Origin: Felis catus
Taxonomy: Eukaryota
Reading direction: 5' to 3'
Assembly: GCF_018350175.1 (NCBI RefSeq)
Contig: NC_058381.1
Location: forward strand, 1,860,001-1,924,000
DNA: 64,000 nt
This document shows, piece by piece, positions 23,500-35,300 of the stretch; the stretch's first letter is position 1, and each line of letters opens with the position of its first letter. The position numbers and the translations under genes are program-made. The notes under the pieces were generated by a model, which worked only from the letters and a program-made list of their open reading frames with translations, searched no databases and was not told where the DNA came from.

Positions 23500-23960
23500 G
23501 GACTCCTCCGCGGGGTTTTCTTCTTCGGCGAAACTCGACGCTCGAGCCCGGAAGTGGCTGTCAGTTTGCGCCTGCGCAGGTCGCTCTCTAGCTGAGACTA
23601 CAATTCCCAGGATGCTCAGCGCAGCCTCGCCTTGCTGGGGCGGGGGTAGTCACCCGGTGAACTACAACTCCCAGGGTGTCGTGCGCACGCCCCGGTCTGC
23701 GCCGCCGCCGCCACCTCGCGACCACCTGTGGTAAGAGGCGGTGGTGAAACATTTCATTCCTTGGACTGAGGTCATTCAGACCTGTCCGCTTTCGCGACAC
23801 TGCCCTGGGGTATCTATTTGATTTCTTCTATGAGAATTTATCGCGCGTCTGCTGGTGCCGGGTGGCGATGGCGGCAGCTCTGGGGTGTCCCTCCGGACTG
23901 GACGGCCGTGGACTCTGTCGGCGTCCGGCGAGGCCGGGGCAGAGCCTCACTTGGTGAGTG
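23500..23960. promoter_or_regulatory. MED11 CpG-island promoter with ETS and two ZNF143/THAP11 (SBS) motifs
   Basis: CCGGAAGTG at 23548-23556, ACTACAATTCCCAGGATGC at 23597-23615 and ACTACAACTCCCAG at 23661-23674, all directly upstream of the MED11 ATG. Confidence 0.8.
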
Positions 23961-24775
23961 TTGCGTTGTTCGTCCTAACGCTTCCTCCTGGGCTGCAGCC
24001 CCACTGAAGCACAGGCTTGGCAATCTCAGCCTTTGCCCCTTTCCGCTTCCCTATTACGCGGTGGGGTCTGGGGGTCCGGAGGTGAAGGGGATGGAGCCCC
24101 ACGTGACAGTGAGGTCGATGTTTGCCGAGAGGCACGCTCAGGGTGCACCTTCGGGAGCACAGAGCGAGGATTTGGGGATGCAGCCTTGCCAGAATCGGGT
24201 CTTAGGGGTTAATTAACCCGGTGACTGGGAGGTTGGATGGAAAAGGGGATCGGCGCGGCAGGTGCATGGTGCTGAGAAGGGGCCTGCCCGGCCCAGCCCA
24301 AGTACAGCAAGGCGTTCGGCTCGGCCCCCAGTGAGTTGGAGTGTGGCAGCGGCCAGACTGAAGTGGGAGCCGGATCAGGAGAAGGCGGCTTGCAGGCTGA
24401 GTAATTTGGACTTTGTTCTGAAAGCACTTGAGAGCCCTTAAAGGATCTCCGAGAAGTGGGTTATGACCAGGTTTACCTTTTTTGGAAAGATCCACCTCGA
24501 CGGCCTATGGAAGGTTGAGAATGAAGCTAGTTCACACGGGGTTAGCAAATGGAGACTTTCAGATCAACTCGGGGATCCGGCATTCAACTCCACTCCTTTT
24601 TAAAATCCTAAGGAAATCCTAAGTATCGTATTAAGGGGTCAAAGAGAGAGGGGAACTAATAGCAAAACTTTAGATAGAAGCTGGAAAACCGAGGACAAGT
24701 GGTAACCGATTTAGTAGTGAAGTCGTAATAATTAAGCCGCCAGTAAAGAAAACCCAAAAGCAACTTGATTCACTC

Positions 24776-25420
24776 TTTTTAGTAAATTTTCTAATGTTTG
24801 TTTATTTTTGAGAGAGAGACAGAGTGCGAGTTGGGGAGGGGCAGAGAGAGAGAGAGGGAGACACAGAATCTGAAGCAGGCTCCAGGCTCTGAGATGCCAG
24901 CGCAGAGCCCCACGCACAGGAACCTTGAGATCATGACTTGAGCAGAAGTCGGACGCTTAACCGACCGAGCCACCCAGGCACCCCAATGTTTATTTTTTTG
25001 AGAGGGAGAGAGAGAAAAAGCGAGCATGAGCAGGGGAGGGGCAGAGAGAGAGGGGAACAGAGGATCCAAAGTGGGCTCTGAGCTGTCAGCACAGGGCCTG
25101 ACACGGGGCTGGAACTCATGAACCGCGAGATCATGACCTGAGCAGAAGTCAGACGCTTTACCGACTGAGCCACCCAGGCGCCCTGCAACTTGATTCACTC
25201 TTTTTTTTTAAATTTTTTTTTTAATGTTTATTTATTTTTAAGACAGAGACAGAGCATGAACGGGGGAGGGGCAGAGAGAGAGGGGGACACAGAATCGGAA
25301 GCAGGCTCCAGGCTCTGAGCCATCAGCCCAGAGCCCGACACAGGGCTCGAACTCACAGACCGCGAGATCGTGACCCGGGCTGAAGTCGGACGCTTAACCG
25401 ACTGAGCCACCCAGGCGCCC
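24776..25420 (-). mobile_element. Three stacked minus-strand Can-SINEs
   Basis: Heads end at ~24984, ~25183 and ~25420. Duplicated target GCAACTTGATTCACTC at 24760-24775 and 25185-25200. Confidence 0.85.
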
Positions 25421-26799
25421 CAATTCACTCTTAAATTAATGCACAACTGGGGTAGAGGTGATACTAAAGTGAAGCAGGTTATTTGAGGTAGTTAGGACCC
25501 CCACCCCCACCTCCTGCCCAGTCTTTTCCTTACCGCATACATCTTTGCAGGTACTCAACCCCATCCCATTACTGGAGGTTTCTTTGTTGAAGATGGAAAC
25601 AGAGGGTCTTTGGTTCTGGAAGGCGCCCAGGGCACAGTTGTATTGAAAAACAAGATCGGGGCGCCTGCCTGGCTCATTGGGAAGAGTGCACGACTCTTGA
25701 TATCTGGGTAGAGAGTTTGAGCCCCATGTTGGGTGTAGAGATTACTTAAATGGAGAAGTGTAAAAAAATAAATAAATTAAAAAAAAAATAAAACAAGGAA
25801 AGTGAGAATAAGGGAAGGTTTACATACTGAGCTGTTTCCGATCTGGGATTCTGTCCTCCAGCTGCGCTAAGATAGAGGCTAAGAACGCAATGACACAACA
25901 AAACAGAACTTCATTTTTCCCCAGAGAACGGTCCAGTGTGGGTAGTTCAGCACACTTCACGGGTCATCCGAAGATCAAGGCCAGCCCTGCAACTCTGCCA
26001 CTGTGTATCCCACAGTGTGGTCTGCAGGCCAGCAGTGCTGATGGCGTTGTTAGGAATGCAGATCTCAGGCCCAACCACAGAGTTTTGTTTTGTTTTGTTT
26101 TGAGAGACAGTGTGAGCAGGGGAGGGGCAGAGAGAGAGGGAGCACAGAATCCGAAGCAGGCTCCAGGCTCCGAGCTGTCAGCACAGAGCCTGACGTGGGG
26201 CTTGAACTCATGGACCGTGAGATCATGACCTGAGCGAAAGTCAGATGCTCAACCGACTGAGCCACCCAGGTGCCCCCCCCCCCATTTTTTTTTTTTTTTT
26301 TTTGGTAAGTTTATTTACTTATTTTGAGAGGGAGACAGGGAGAGAGACAGAATCCCAAGCAGGCTCTGCATCACCAGCACAGAGCCCGAGGTGGGGCTCG
26401 AACCCACAAACCATGAAATCATGACTTGAGTCAAAACCAAGAGTTGGACACTCAACTGACTGAGCCGCCCGGGCACCCTCCCCCCGCCCCTCCCCAACCA
26501 CAGAACTTCAGAATCAGTATCTGTGTTTGAAGGTGCTCAGGGGATGTGTGTGCACAGTGACATCCGAGGAGCCCTACTGCTCTGGGGCATCGCCATCTGC
26601 CCTGTCACAACTGGGCTGCTGATGTCCCTGGGTCGTAGCCAGCAGCGAGGGGCAAGAAGAAGTGGGGAGGGGGGTGTACCTGGCTCAGAGGTCTGACTAG
26701 GAAGCAGCCCAGATCGTTTCTACTCACATTCCACTGAAGAAGACAGTCAGACGGCCTCACCCGGCTCCTGGTTTCTAGGAAATCCAGTCCTTCCCCAGG

Positions 26800-28268
26800 T
26801 GGCCAGGTACCATTCTCGAACATGTTAGGGGAGTCGTGGGCCTCACAACAGCCAGATTGAAGATGGAATAAAGACCTTAAGGTCTCAAAGTTCTCTACCC
26901 AGTTCCCTTTCTCAGGAGGTATTTAGAAGAAGACGTGGAAGAGGAAGATACGGGATCCAGGTCGTGGGGAAGGCCTTCAACACGGGAGAGGCGCAAACAG
27001 GAACACCAGCTGGGGGGGAAGTCCAGGGTGACGGGCATGGAGAATGGCCCGCTCAGCCCGGAGCAGGTGAAGGAGGCTTCTGGAAGGCTGTCTTCATGGA
27101 GGGGGAAGAGATAAGCGTCTGTTTTGTTTTGCACGTCCTGAGAGGATATATAGACTTTTGGGGGGAGAGTACAGGGCAGCCTTAGTGATGAATTCAGAGA
27201 AAAAGCACATTCTTGAAATGATAGTTATTCAGGGGAAACTAGAAGAGAGAGATCATCGATATCCCGCGCGTGACAACTGTAGATGACGGATGTGTGAGCA
27301 TAACAATGGAAATACTGAGTATTGACCCAACCCCCCGCCCCCCCCCCCCCCCCCCCCGAGTATGGGATGCCCGGGCAGGATGGTGAGGGTTCCCCGGCCG
27401 GGGGGAGGGGCAGACGGGAGCTCAGTCTTCACCTCGTGTGCTGGGACGCCGGTAGGTGATGCTTACAAAGCAAGAAGTAGCAACAGAAGCACATTGTTTG
27501 GAGATCTGGAGGTGAATACCGAAAGATACATCCGAAGGGGGTGCAAGCGGTTGCCCGTGAGGAGAAAGGAGCCGGAGAGGGAGGGGGTATAGGCCTTGTT
27601 GCACCCGACTTCCTAAGCTGTGTGCACATATAACTTGGAACATAACAGCGCAGTAAAAGTGAAAAGGTAAGGAGGAAAGGAATAGGGATTTGCTTCGTGT
27701 GGAAGAGTGTCTTTTCTCCGGTGTCCTTCCTTCCTTGAATAGAAGCGACTTGCGAGGGTTTACGGACCTGGGAGGAAGAACCAGTAGAGAGGGGCAACGG
27801 TTGAAGTTGGGGGGGGGGGTGGTTTGATGAATCAGGGTCTCAGAGGACTTGGGAGGGGAGAGATCTGAGCACAGGGGGAGGGATGAGCTTTGGACAGGAG
27901 AAGGCAGCTTGACCTTGGCTGTACAGAGAATCGGGACCGATGTCCGTGTTCGTGGGGAGGAGGCGGGAAATTGAAATCATTCATTCCCGTTAGCCTCATC
28001 TCCATGAACCACAGAAGGTTGTTCGCTATGAGCGTGAGGAGGGTTTGGAATGTAGTCAGTGGGACTTGAGCCCGAGAGGGAGGTGACCAGGAACACAGAG
28101 AGGGACGAAGGGTCATCAGGAATTGAGGGCCCAGCCGAGGTTAGAGACCATAAACTGGCAGTGGCCCCAAATGTGTACCCAGTGCCCCGCAGTGTTGGCA
28201 CGTAGCAGGTGTTAAAAAGCATTTGTTGAATGAATGAGTGAATGAATGAGTGAATGAATGAATGCATG
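26800..28268. mobile_element. Ancient L2 remnants (long purine-rich antisense piece, then a sense 3' end with (GAAT)n tail at ~28228-28265)
   Basis: L2 3'-end text GTTGGCACGTAGCAGGTGTTAAAAAGCATTTGTTGAATGAATG. Interior assignment is approximate. Confidence 0.5.
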
Positions 28269-28509
28269 TGGTTGTGTGATTTTTCTCTGGCAGCGCTCCC
28301 TGGCCCTGTGTTGGAGCGGGGCACTCAGGGTGGTGGGTGGACAGAGCCGGGGGCTGGGTGGGGGTGGGTGTTGAGAGCAGGTGTTTGAAAGAGGTTGAGG
28401 GTGCTGATGAGATCCGGTTGGTATCGTGGGCTCCAAGTTCAGTCTGGAAAGAAAAGCTCCAATTGCAAGGGAGCAGAAGGGTCAAGAGCTTTGCGACAAA
28501 AACAAAAAA

Positions 28510-28540
<31 letters not shown>

Positions 28541-28564
28541 ACAAGAAGCCATTAAGAAGTGAAT

Positions 28565-29010
28565 TTTTTTTTTTATTAAAAAAAATTTTTTTTTAACGTT
28601 TATTTATTTTTGAGACAGAGAGAGACAGAGCATGAATGGGGGAGGGGCAGAGAGAGAGGGAGACACAGAATCGGAAACAGGCTCCAGGCTCCGAGCCATC
28701 AGCCCAGAGCCTGACGCGGGGCTCGAACTCACGGACCGCGAGATCGTGACCTGGCTGAAGTCAGACGCTTAACCGACTGCGCCACCCAGGCGCCCCAAGA
28801 AGTGAATTATTAAAAATGTCAGAAGCAGGGGTACCTGGGTGGCTCAGTTGGTTGAGCATCCGGCTCTTGATTTGGGCTCAGGTCACGATCCCAGGGCCCT
28901 GGGATTGAGCCCCGTGTCGGGCTCCACGCTGAGTGTGGATTCTCTCTGCCTCTGCCCCTCTCCCCTGCTTGCTCTCTCTCTCTCTCACTCAAATAAAAAT
29001 AAAATATCAG
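28565..29010. mobile_element. Head-to-head Can-SINE pair (28565-28796 minus; 28828-~29010 plus)
   Basis: TSD AAGAAGTGAATT flanks the minus copy. Confidence 0.8.
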
Positions 29011-29062
29011 AAACAAAATACTTTGAGTGACTGCACAACATTGTGAGTGCACTAAATGCCAC

Positions 29063-29200
29063 NNNNNNNNNNNNNNNNNNNNNNNNNNNNNNNNNNNNNN
29101 NNNNNNNNNNNNNNNNNNNNNNNNNNNNNNNNNNNNNNNNNNNNNNNNNNNNNNNNNNNNNNNNNNNNNNNNNNNNNNNNNNNNNNNNNNNNNNNNNNNN
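29063..29200. other. Assembly gap (138 N)
   Basis: N run. Confidence 1.
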
Positions 29201-29454
29201 TCAAAAGATAATGACAAATCGGGAAAAATATTTACAAGATATATGACCAAGGCTCTATTTTTTTTAGTATAGAAGAGCCCTGAGGTACATTAAAAATAAA
29301 GTGCCCCAATAAATTGGGTTTTATCCTCACTCATCATCAAATAAATGCAAATTAAAACTCAGATGATACCGTGTCTCTCACCTGCTTGATTGGTAGAATC
29401 CAAAAGACGCTCACCTTCTTTGACCCAGCAAGTCTGCTTTTAAGAAGTTGTCCT

Positions 29455-29673
29455 GGGGCGCCTGGGTGGCTCAGTCAGTTGGGTGTCCAGCTTTGGCTCA
29501 GGTCGTGGTGTCGCGGTTCACAGGTTCGAGTCCTGCATCGGGCTCTGTGCTGACAGCTCAGAGCCTGGAGCCTGCTTCGGATTCTGTGTCTCCCTCTCTC
29601 TCTGCCCCTCCCCCACTCATGCTCTGTCTCCCTCTGTGTCTCGAAAATAAATAAACATTAAAAAAAAAAAAAA
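29455..29673 (+). mobile_element. Can-SINE
   Basis: Head, (CT)n and A-tail. Confidence 0.85.
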
Positions 29674-31214
29674 GAATGAGGGAGATCTATATGTATCGCT
29701 ACAGAAAGGAATGTTCTCCCCGCCTCACCACCAGGGAAAAAGGCAGGTGTAGAAAAGGGCTCACGGTATGCTGCTGTCCGTTCAAAACAGTGCAAAATAT
29801 GTATTCCACTCAGACAGGTGTGACTGAGTCTGAACAGCATCTTCGGAAGAGTAACCAAGGAATGGGCGATAGTGATTCCTCTGGAAACGAGGAAGGGCTT
29901 GGCTGGGGATCAGGACAGGAGGGAGCCTTCTCTTCACTGTTTAGCGTCGCATACGGTTCCGATGTTTGTTTGTTTAAATCATGTGCCCCTTTTTCCTTTT
30001 TAAAAACATTAAAAAACATAAAAAGCTTAAAAAAAAAAAGACACCGTTTCTCAAATTGTGTGTCAGTTCCCCAAATCCACACTGGTGGGTTCCTCCTGGG
30101 ACCTGCCGAACCAGAGTCTGGGAAGGGAGAGCCTGGGGCTCCGAGTTTTCATTGTGCCTCCCGGAGGGCCCTGATCCCCCTGAGAAGGTCGAGAGGTCCG
30201 TGGGCCAAGGAGCGAGCTCCCGGGAACCAGAGGGATGCCAGCGGTTCCTCCTCTGTGACCAAAGGCCAGGGTGGGCGGGGCGGCGGACTCTGCAGAGGGG
30301 CGCACGAGGTCACTGGCGTTTTGACAGGACTCAGACCTGTGGGTAAACGGTGGTCTGACGTGAGGCGGTGAGCCGTAGGCTAGAGGCCTGTGTGAGCTGC
30401 CCCGCAGGCCCCCCAGCCCCATCTGGAACTACTCTGCCCTTGGCCATCTCCGTCCCTCAGTCCCTCTGGCCTCTTTTAGTGCCTGGAACGCGCCCTGTCC
30501 CCGCGCTCGCACTCGGTGCCCGGGATGCTCCAGCCCCTCTTCGCCCGCGGGTTCCCTGCTCAAAGGTCACTTCCTCCGGGGAGTCTTCCCCAGACCCCAG
30601 CCTGGGTCAGAACTCCCTGTCGCGCGTTCTCGTGGCTCCTGTGCTGCTCCTTCGGAGCACACATGCTGTCATCAAATAACTAGGGAGTGGTTTCGTGTTT
30701 GCTTTGGTCCCTGCCACGCCCCTCTCCTAGGCCCGGCACCTAATAGGGACTTAACGCCAAGATCTCGTTCATGGAATGGATGATTGGGCCTTAAGAGAAA
30801 AAGGGGAGGACGGGTGGGTGACAGAGTGGGTGACGGAGGTGAGGCACGCCAGCGGGGTGGCGCTCAGTCCCCGCCGCCCAGCTTGGGACAGTGGCCAAGC
30901 CTCAGGGAGTGCCTGATGAGCTCCAGGGGGCTGCCTCTGGGACCTGCCCACAGCGGTGACCCCCGCGGGCCGCCCAAGCCTTGGCTTCTGGGTTAGAATG
31001 AGGGTGGCCAGGCAGGCCCCGCGGGATGTCTGGTGAGCCCGGGGTGGGGGGGGCTCCCACCAAGCCCCAGGAATGGAGTGGGTGAGCAGTCACACAGCGG
31101 TGGAAATGGACACACTGTCACAGCAGGTCACTGCACAGTCACATGTGTCAGCGGCGATAGGGAAGCGTCTGTCTGCCCAACTCCCAAGGGTGGCTGGTCT
31201 ACAGGGAAGTGAGG

Positions 31215-31262
31215 TTTTGTTTTTTTTTTTAATTTTATTTCTTTAAAATTTTTTTAATGTTT

Positions 31263-31299
<37 letters not shown>

Positions 31300-31632
31300 A
31301 GCATGAGTGGGGGAAGGGCAGAGAGAGGGAGACACAATCCAAAGCAGGCTCCAGGCTCTGAGCTGTCAGCACAGAGCCCAACGCAGGGCTTGAACCCATG
31401 AGCTGTGAGATCCCGACCTGAGCTGAAGTCGGACGCTAAACTGACTGAGCCACCCAGGCGCCCCAAATTTTATTTCATTTTAGAGAGAGCAAGTGAGCAG
31501 GGAAGAGGGGCAGAGCGAGAGAATCTTAAGCAGGCTCCAAGCCCAACATGGGGCTCGATCCCACGACCCTGTGATCATGACCTGAGCTGAAATCAAGAGT
31601 CACGCTCGACCGACTGAGCCACCCAGGCGTCC
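31215..31632 (-). mobile_element. Two tandem minus-strand Can-SINEs downstream of ARRB2
   Basis: Heads end at ~31464 and ~31632; GAAGTGAG flanks both ends. Confidence 0.8.
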
Positions 31633-31918
31633 CAGGAAGTGAGTTTCTATTTCCCCTACAAATGACTAAGTGTATTTCGTGGCTTTACCAAACGGTACCT
31701 GTGAGTCTGGACTGACCGAAGTCAGTTTCTGTGTTGCCCTTGGAACACAGTCACAGCCCGTTCGATGGGACGTTTATTGACAAGCCTTGTGCCCGGCACT
31801 GTGCGGGGACACAGGAGAGGCTGGCTGGGTGCTCGGCCACGAGCACAAGTCACAGACGAGCACCTGTGTGCCCTCAGCAGCTGCACAGAAAGCACATACA
31901 CTCGCGCCTATTAAAACG

Positions 31919-31924
31919 TTTATT
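31919..31924 (-). terminator. Poly(A) signal for ARRB2
   Basis: AATAAA on the minus strand about 385 nt downstream of the ARRB2 stop. Confidence 0.75.
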
Positions 31925-32308
31925 TTCTTCTTTATGCTCAGAAACAAAGAAGTGGCCTCACCCCCCACCCCAGGGTCTCCTCTTGAAGGAGAAGGAGGCA
32001 GAGTGTGTGTGTGTGGGGGGGGAGGGGGATGTCGGATGTGGGAGCTCTCTCCCCTTCTCCCTACTGTCATTCCCCTTTCCAGGACCCCCTCCAGAAGATG
32101 CAGGTCTGAGCCACCCGCTGGGGGGGCTGTGGAGGCACAGCTGGGGTCAAACAAGTAATGCCCACGGTCAACAAGAGAAGGGTCCAGTGCGTGTCCGGGA
32201 GCCACAGGCGAGGGAGGACGGAGGGGTCCGCCAAGGACTCGGTGCTGAGCGCAGGGAGGGCGGCCGGGCTGGGACCCTCCCCCTCCGGCCCCGCCCCCTC
32301 CACCCCCT

Positions 32309-35300
32309 CTAGCAGAACTGGTCCTCGTAATCCTCGTCCTTCATCCCCTTCAGCCGCAGGCGGGCGAAGTCCTCGAACACGATGTCGTCGTCTGTGGCGT
32401 AGCTTGACGGTGGGAAGCAGGGGTGAGGTGAGGGCTCGAGACCCTCTTCTCGGTGCCCCCGCCGCCCTCCCAGAGACAGGGGGGCCCCAGCAGCAACAGG
32501 ACTGGGCGTGTGGGAGAGAAGGGACAAAGAAGGGACGGTGGCAGGCAGCCTCCCACGGAAGGCTAGGCCCTGGGGAGGTGATGTTCCAGCCCTCGCCCGC
32601 CCCCACAGGGGACCGTGGGGAGAGGGCAGGTCTGGGAGTCCCGGAATCCCTGTCCAGAGGGCTCAGGCTAGGAAGGCAGGGGAGGGTCTCTTACTTGGTG
32701 TCAAATTCAATGAGGTTGGTATCCACGGGGGCGTCTGTCTCAGGAGCAGCTGAGGCGAGGAGAGGGGGCGGGTGGGTGGGTGCTGGAAGGGCCAGCTTTT
32801 CTCCACCGGCCTGGCTTCAGGCCGTCCCTTTGGGGGCTCGGGGTGGGTGGCATACTCACCTGTCTGGGGCCTGGGGAGGGTGATGTGATCGTGGGGCTTG
32901 GGGTGCATGAGGACAAAAGGCAGCTCCACAGAGACATCCCTGGGTTGGGGGCGGGGGGGGAGGGGGAGACGCAGCATGAGGGGCCAGCACGGCCACGCCC
33001 GGGAAACAGTGCGACCCCGCGCTGCCCCGCCGCACTCACCCGCCACGAGCCACCACCAGCTTCACCTTGACCCTGTAGGACACCAGGATTCCCAGCACCT
33101 CCTTGTTGGCGCCCTCCTTCACGCTGCAATCAGGGGGAGGAGCTAGACCACGGCCCCCCCGCACCCCGAGGTCTCCCCCGCGGGCTCCCATCAGTGTCTG
33201 GGCGCTGGCCGCCAGGGCTGCGCTGTCCTCACGGCCGAGCACCCCTCTGCACAGAACCCTCTGGTGGCTTCTCATCGCTCGCAGTAAAAGCTGAAGTCCT
33301 TGTGACCTGACAGTCTGCGCTGTCTAGTTCTGTTACCCTGACCCCACCCCGACCCCTGTCCTGTGGTTCGCTGTCACCACGCTGGCCTCCGGCCCGCTGT
33401 GTGTGCTCATGCAGTGTGCCCTCGCACACGGGTGCCAGTGCTGGGGGGGGGGGGGGGCGGAGAACAGGACCCAGCCCTGACTCTGCGAAGCTGTGGCCGT
33501 TGGGGGCTGCCCCCGCCCAGAGGCGCCACAGCTCCTCCCTCTCGCTTCCTCCCACAGACCGGGCCCGGGCCACCTTGGAGTGGGCCTGCCGCTCCCTCTG
33601 CCCGGAACACCCCTTCCTTGCGTAGGACGACTCCTGTGCCTCTGGGTCCTTACTCCGAATTCACATCTGGGTTATGCCTTCCCCAGCCACCCTGCTTAAA
33701 GTTAACAACCCCCCTGCCCACACCCCTGCCTTATATCTGTCTTCTCTGCCTTGCTTTTTCTCAACGCCGGTCTCCGATCTGCCCGCCCGCCCTGCCTAGC
33801 ATCTCCGGTCTGTCCTGTGCCCGGACACAGCCCTGGCTCCCAGGACAGAGCCCGAGAGGCGCAGCCGGCACTGACCGCGCCAGTGGCTCCTGGTCTGCAG
33901 GACAACCCCCTGCCCCCACCCCGCCCCCCTCACATGGTGCTGGAAGCCAGGTTGGTGTCCTCGTGTTTGAGCTTCCCGTCCAGGGCAAGACCCCGCTTCT
34001 CCCGGTTGTCGCTGAGCAGCGGGGTGATGGTGTATACCTTGCAGAACGTGGAACTGGGCGACACCTGGTCACTGGGGAGCGGGGGCGAGAGGACGAGGCT
34101 CCAGGAGGAGCCGGGCCAGGTGACGAGGTCGCTCCCACCCCCCGGGGGCTTCGACCCCACGCCAGCCCTTCTCCCTTTGGGCACAGCTCGACCCACCCAA
34201 GGAAACGAACGGCTCAGAGCCACCAGCCTGCGGAGGGAAGGCCCCCGTAGGTGGAGACAGTTGGGGACAATGCCATCCCCACCTCACACCCTCCGGGGCC
34301 TGCTGTTCTGCTCTGAGGCGGGGGCCCGAGGCCATTCTGATACTCACTCTTGTTCGATCTGAGCCACAGGACACTTGTACTGGGCGGTGCTGAAGAGGCA
34401 GATGTCGGCATACTGTCTCACTGTGGGGTGGGGGGGGTTTAGCGGCTGAGCAGGGGGTGCACACTGCCGCCCGCCGCACTCGGACCACCGGCCGGCCCCC
34501 CACCGCCCCCCGGCTGGGCCTCTCACATCAGGGTATGTCCTGGGGCTGAAAATCGCTCCCCTGAGACCCCCTTCAATCCCCCACCTCCTACCAGAGACTT
34601 TGATCTTCTTGACGGTCTTGGTGGAGTTGTTGGTGACGTGGACGTTGACGTTCAGGGGCTCCCCGTGGTAGTACAGCTTTTGAGGGGATGCGGTCGATTT
34701 TTGCGGGTCCCTGTTGTTAGCGTGCCCCCCTCCCGCCACGCAGACACGTGGCTCCCTCTTCCTCTAAACCCAGGCCCAAGCCCGGTGGACATGCTGCCCT
34801 GACAAACGGCTCCAGCCCTCCCCCGAGGATCCCTCTGCACTGTAGCACCTGCGTCACCCTCCTGCACCCCACCTCCTTGTCCAGGGAAGCCTCGAGGTGC
34901 AGGGACCGGTCAGACATGAGGAAGTGGCGTGTGGTTTCTGCTGAGGGCTGGGGGCCGGGTTTCTCTGGGGCAAATTGCACCTTTCGGATCACCAGCCGCA
35001 CAGAGTTCCTGGGGGTGGGGAGGAGGGGTGGGAGGGGCCGGGCCTCAGACACCCAGACCGCCCCCCCCTCCCCCCGCCACCACCTCCCACGGGCCTGGGG
35101 CTCCTGGGAGAGGGGAGGACACGATCAAACCATACAGGGGCTCGGTTCCCTCACCTTTTGTGGCTTTTCTCTTCTAGTGATTTGGCACAGAAGGCTCGGA
35201 TCTCAAAGTCTACTCCACAGGCCTCAGGAGGAGGAGAAAAGGTCACGTCTTACACAAGGTCCCCTCTGCCACCACGCCCTTCCTTCCCTCCTCTTCATCA

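Noticed and set aside
25658-25760. tRNA-like A/B boxes in short SINEs (also 58133-58225)
   Set aside because: They are tRNA-derived SINE heads with A-tails and no complete cloverleaf. No tRNA, rRNA or snoRNA gene is supported in the window.
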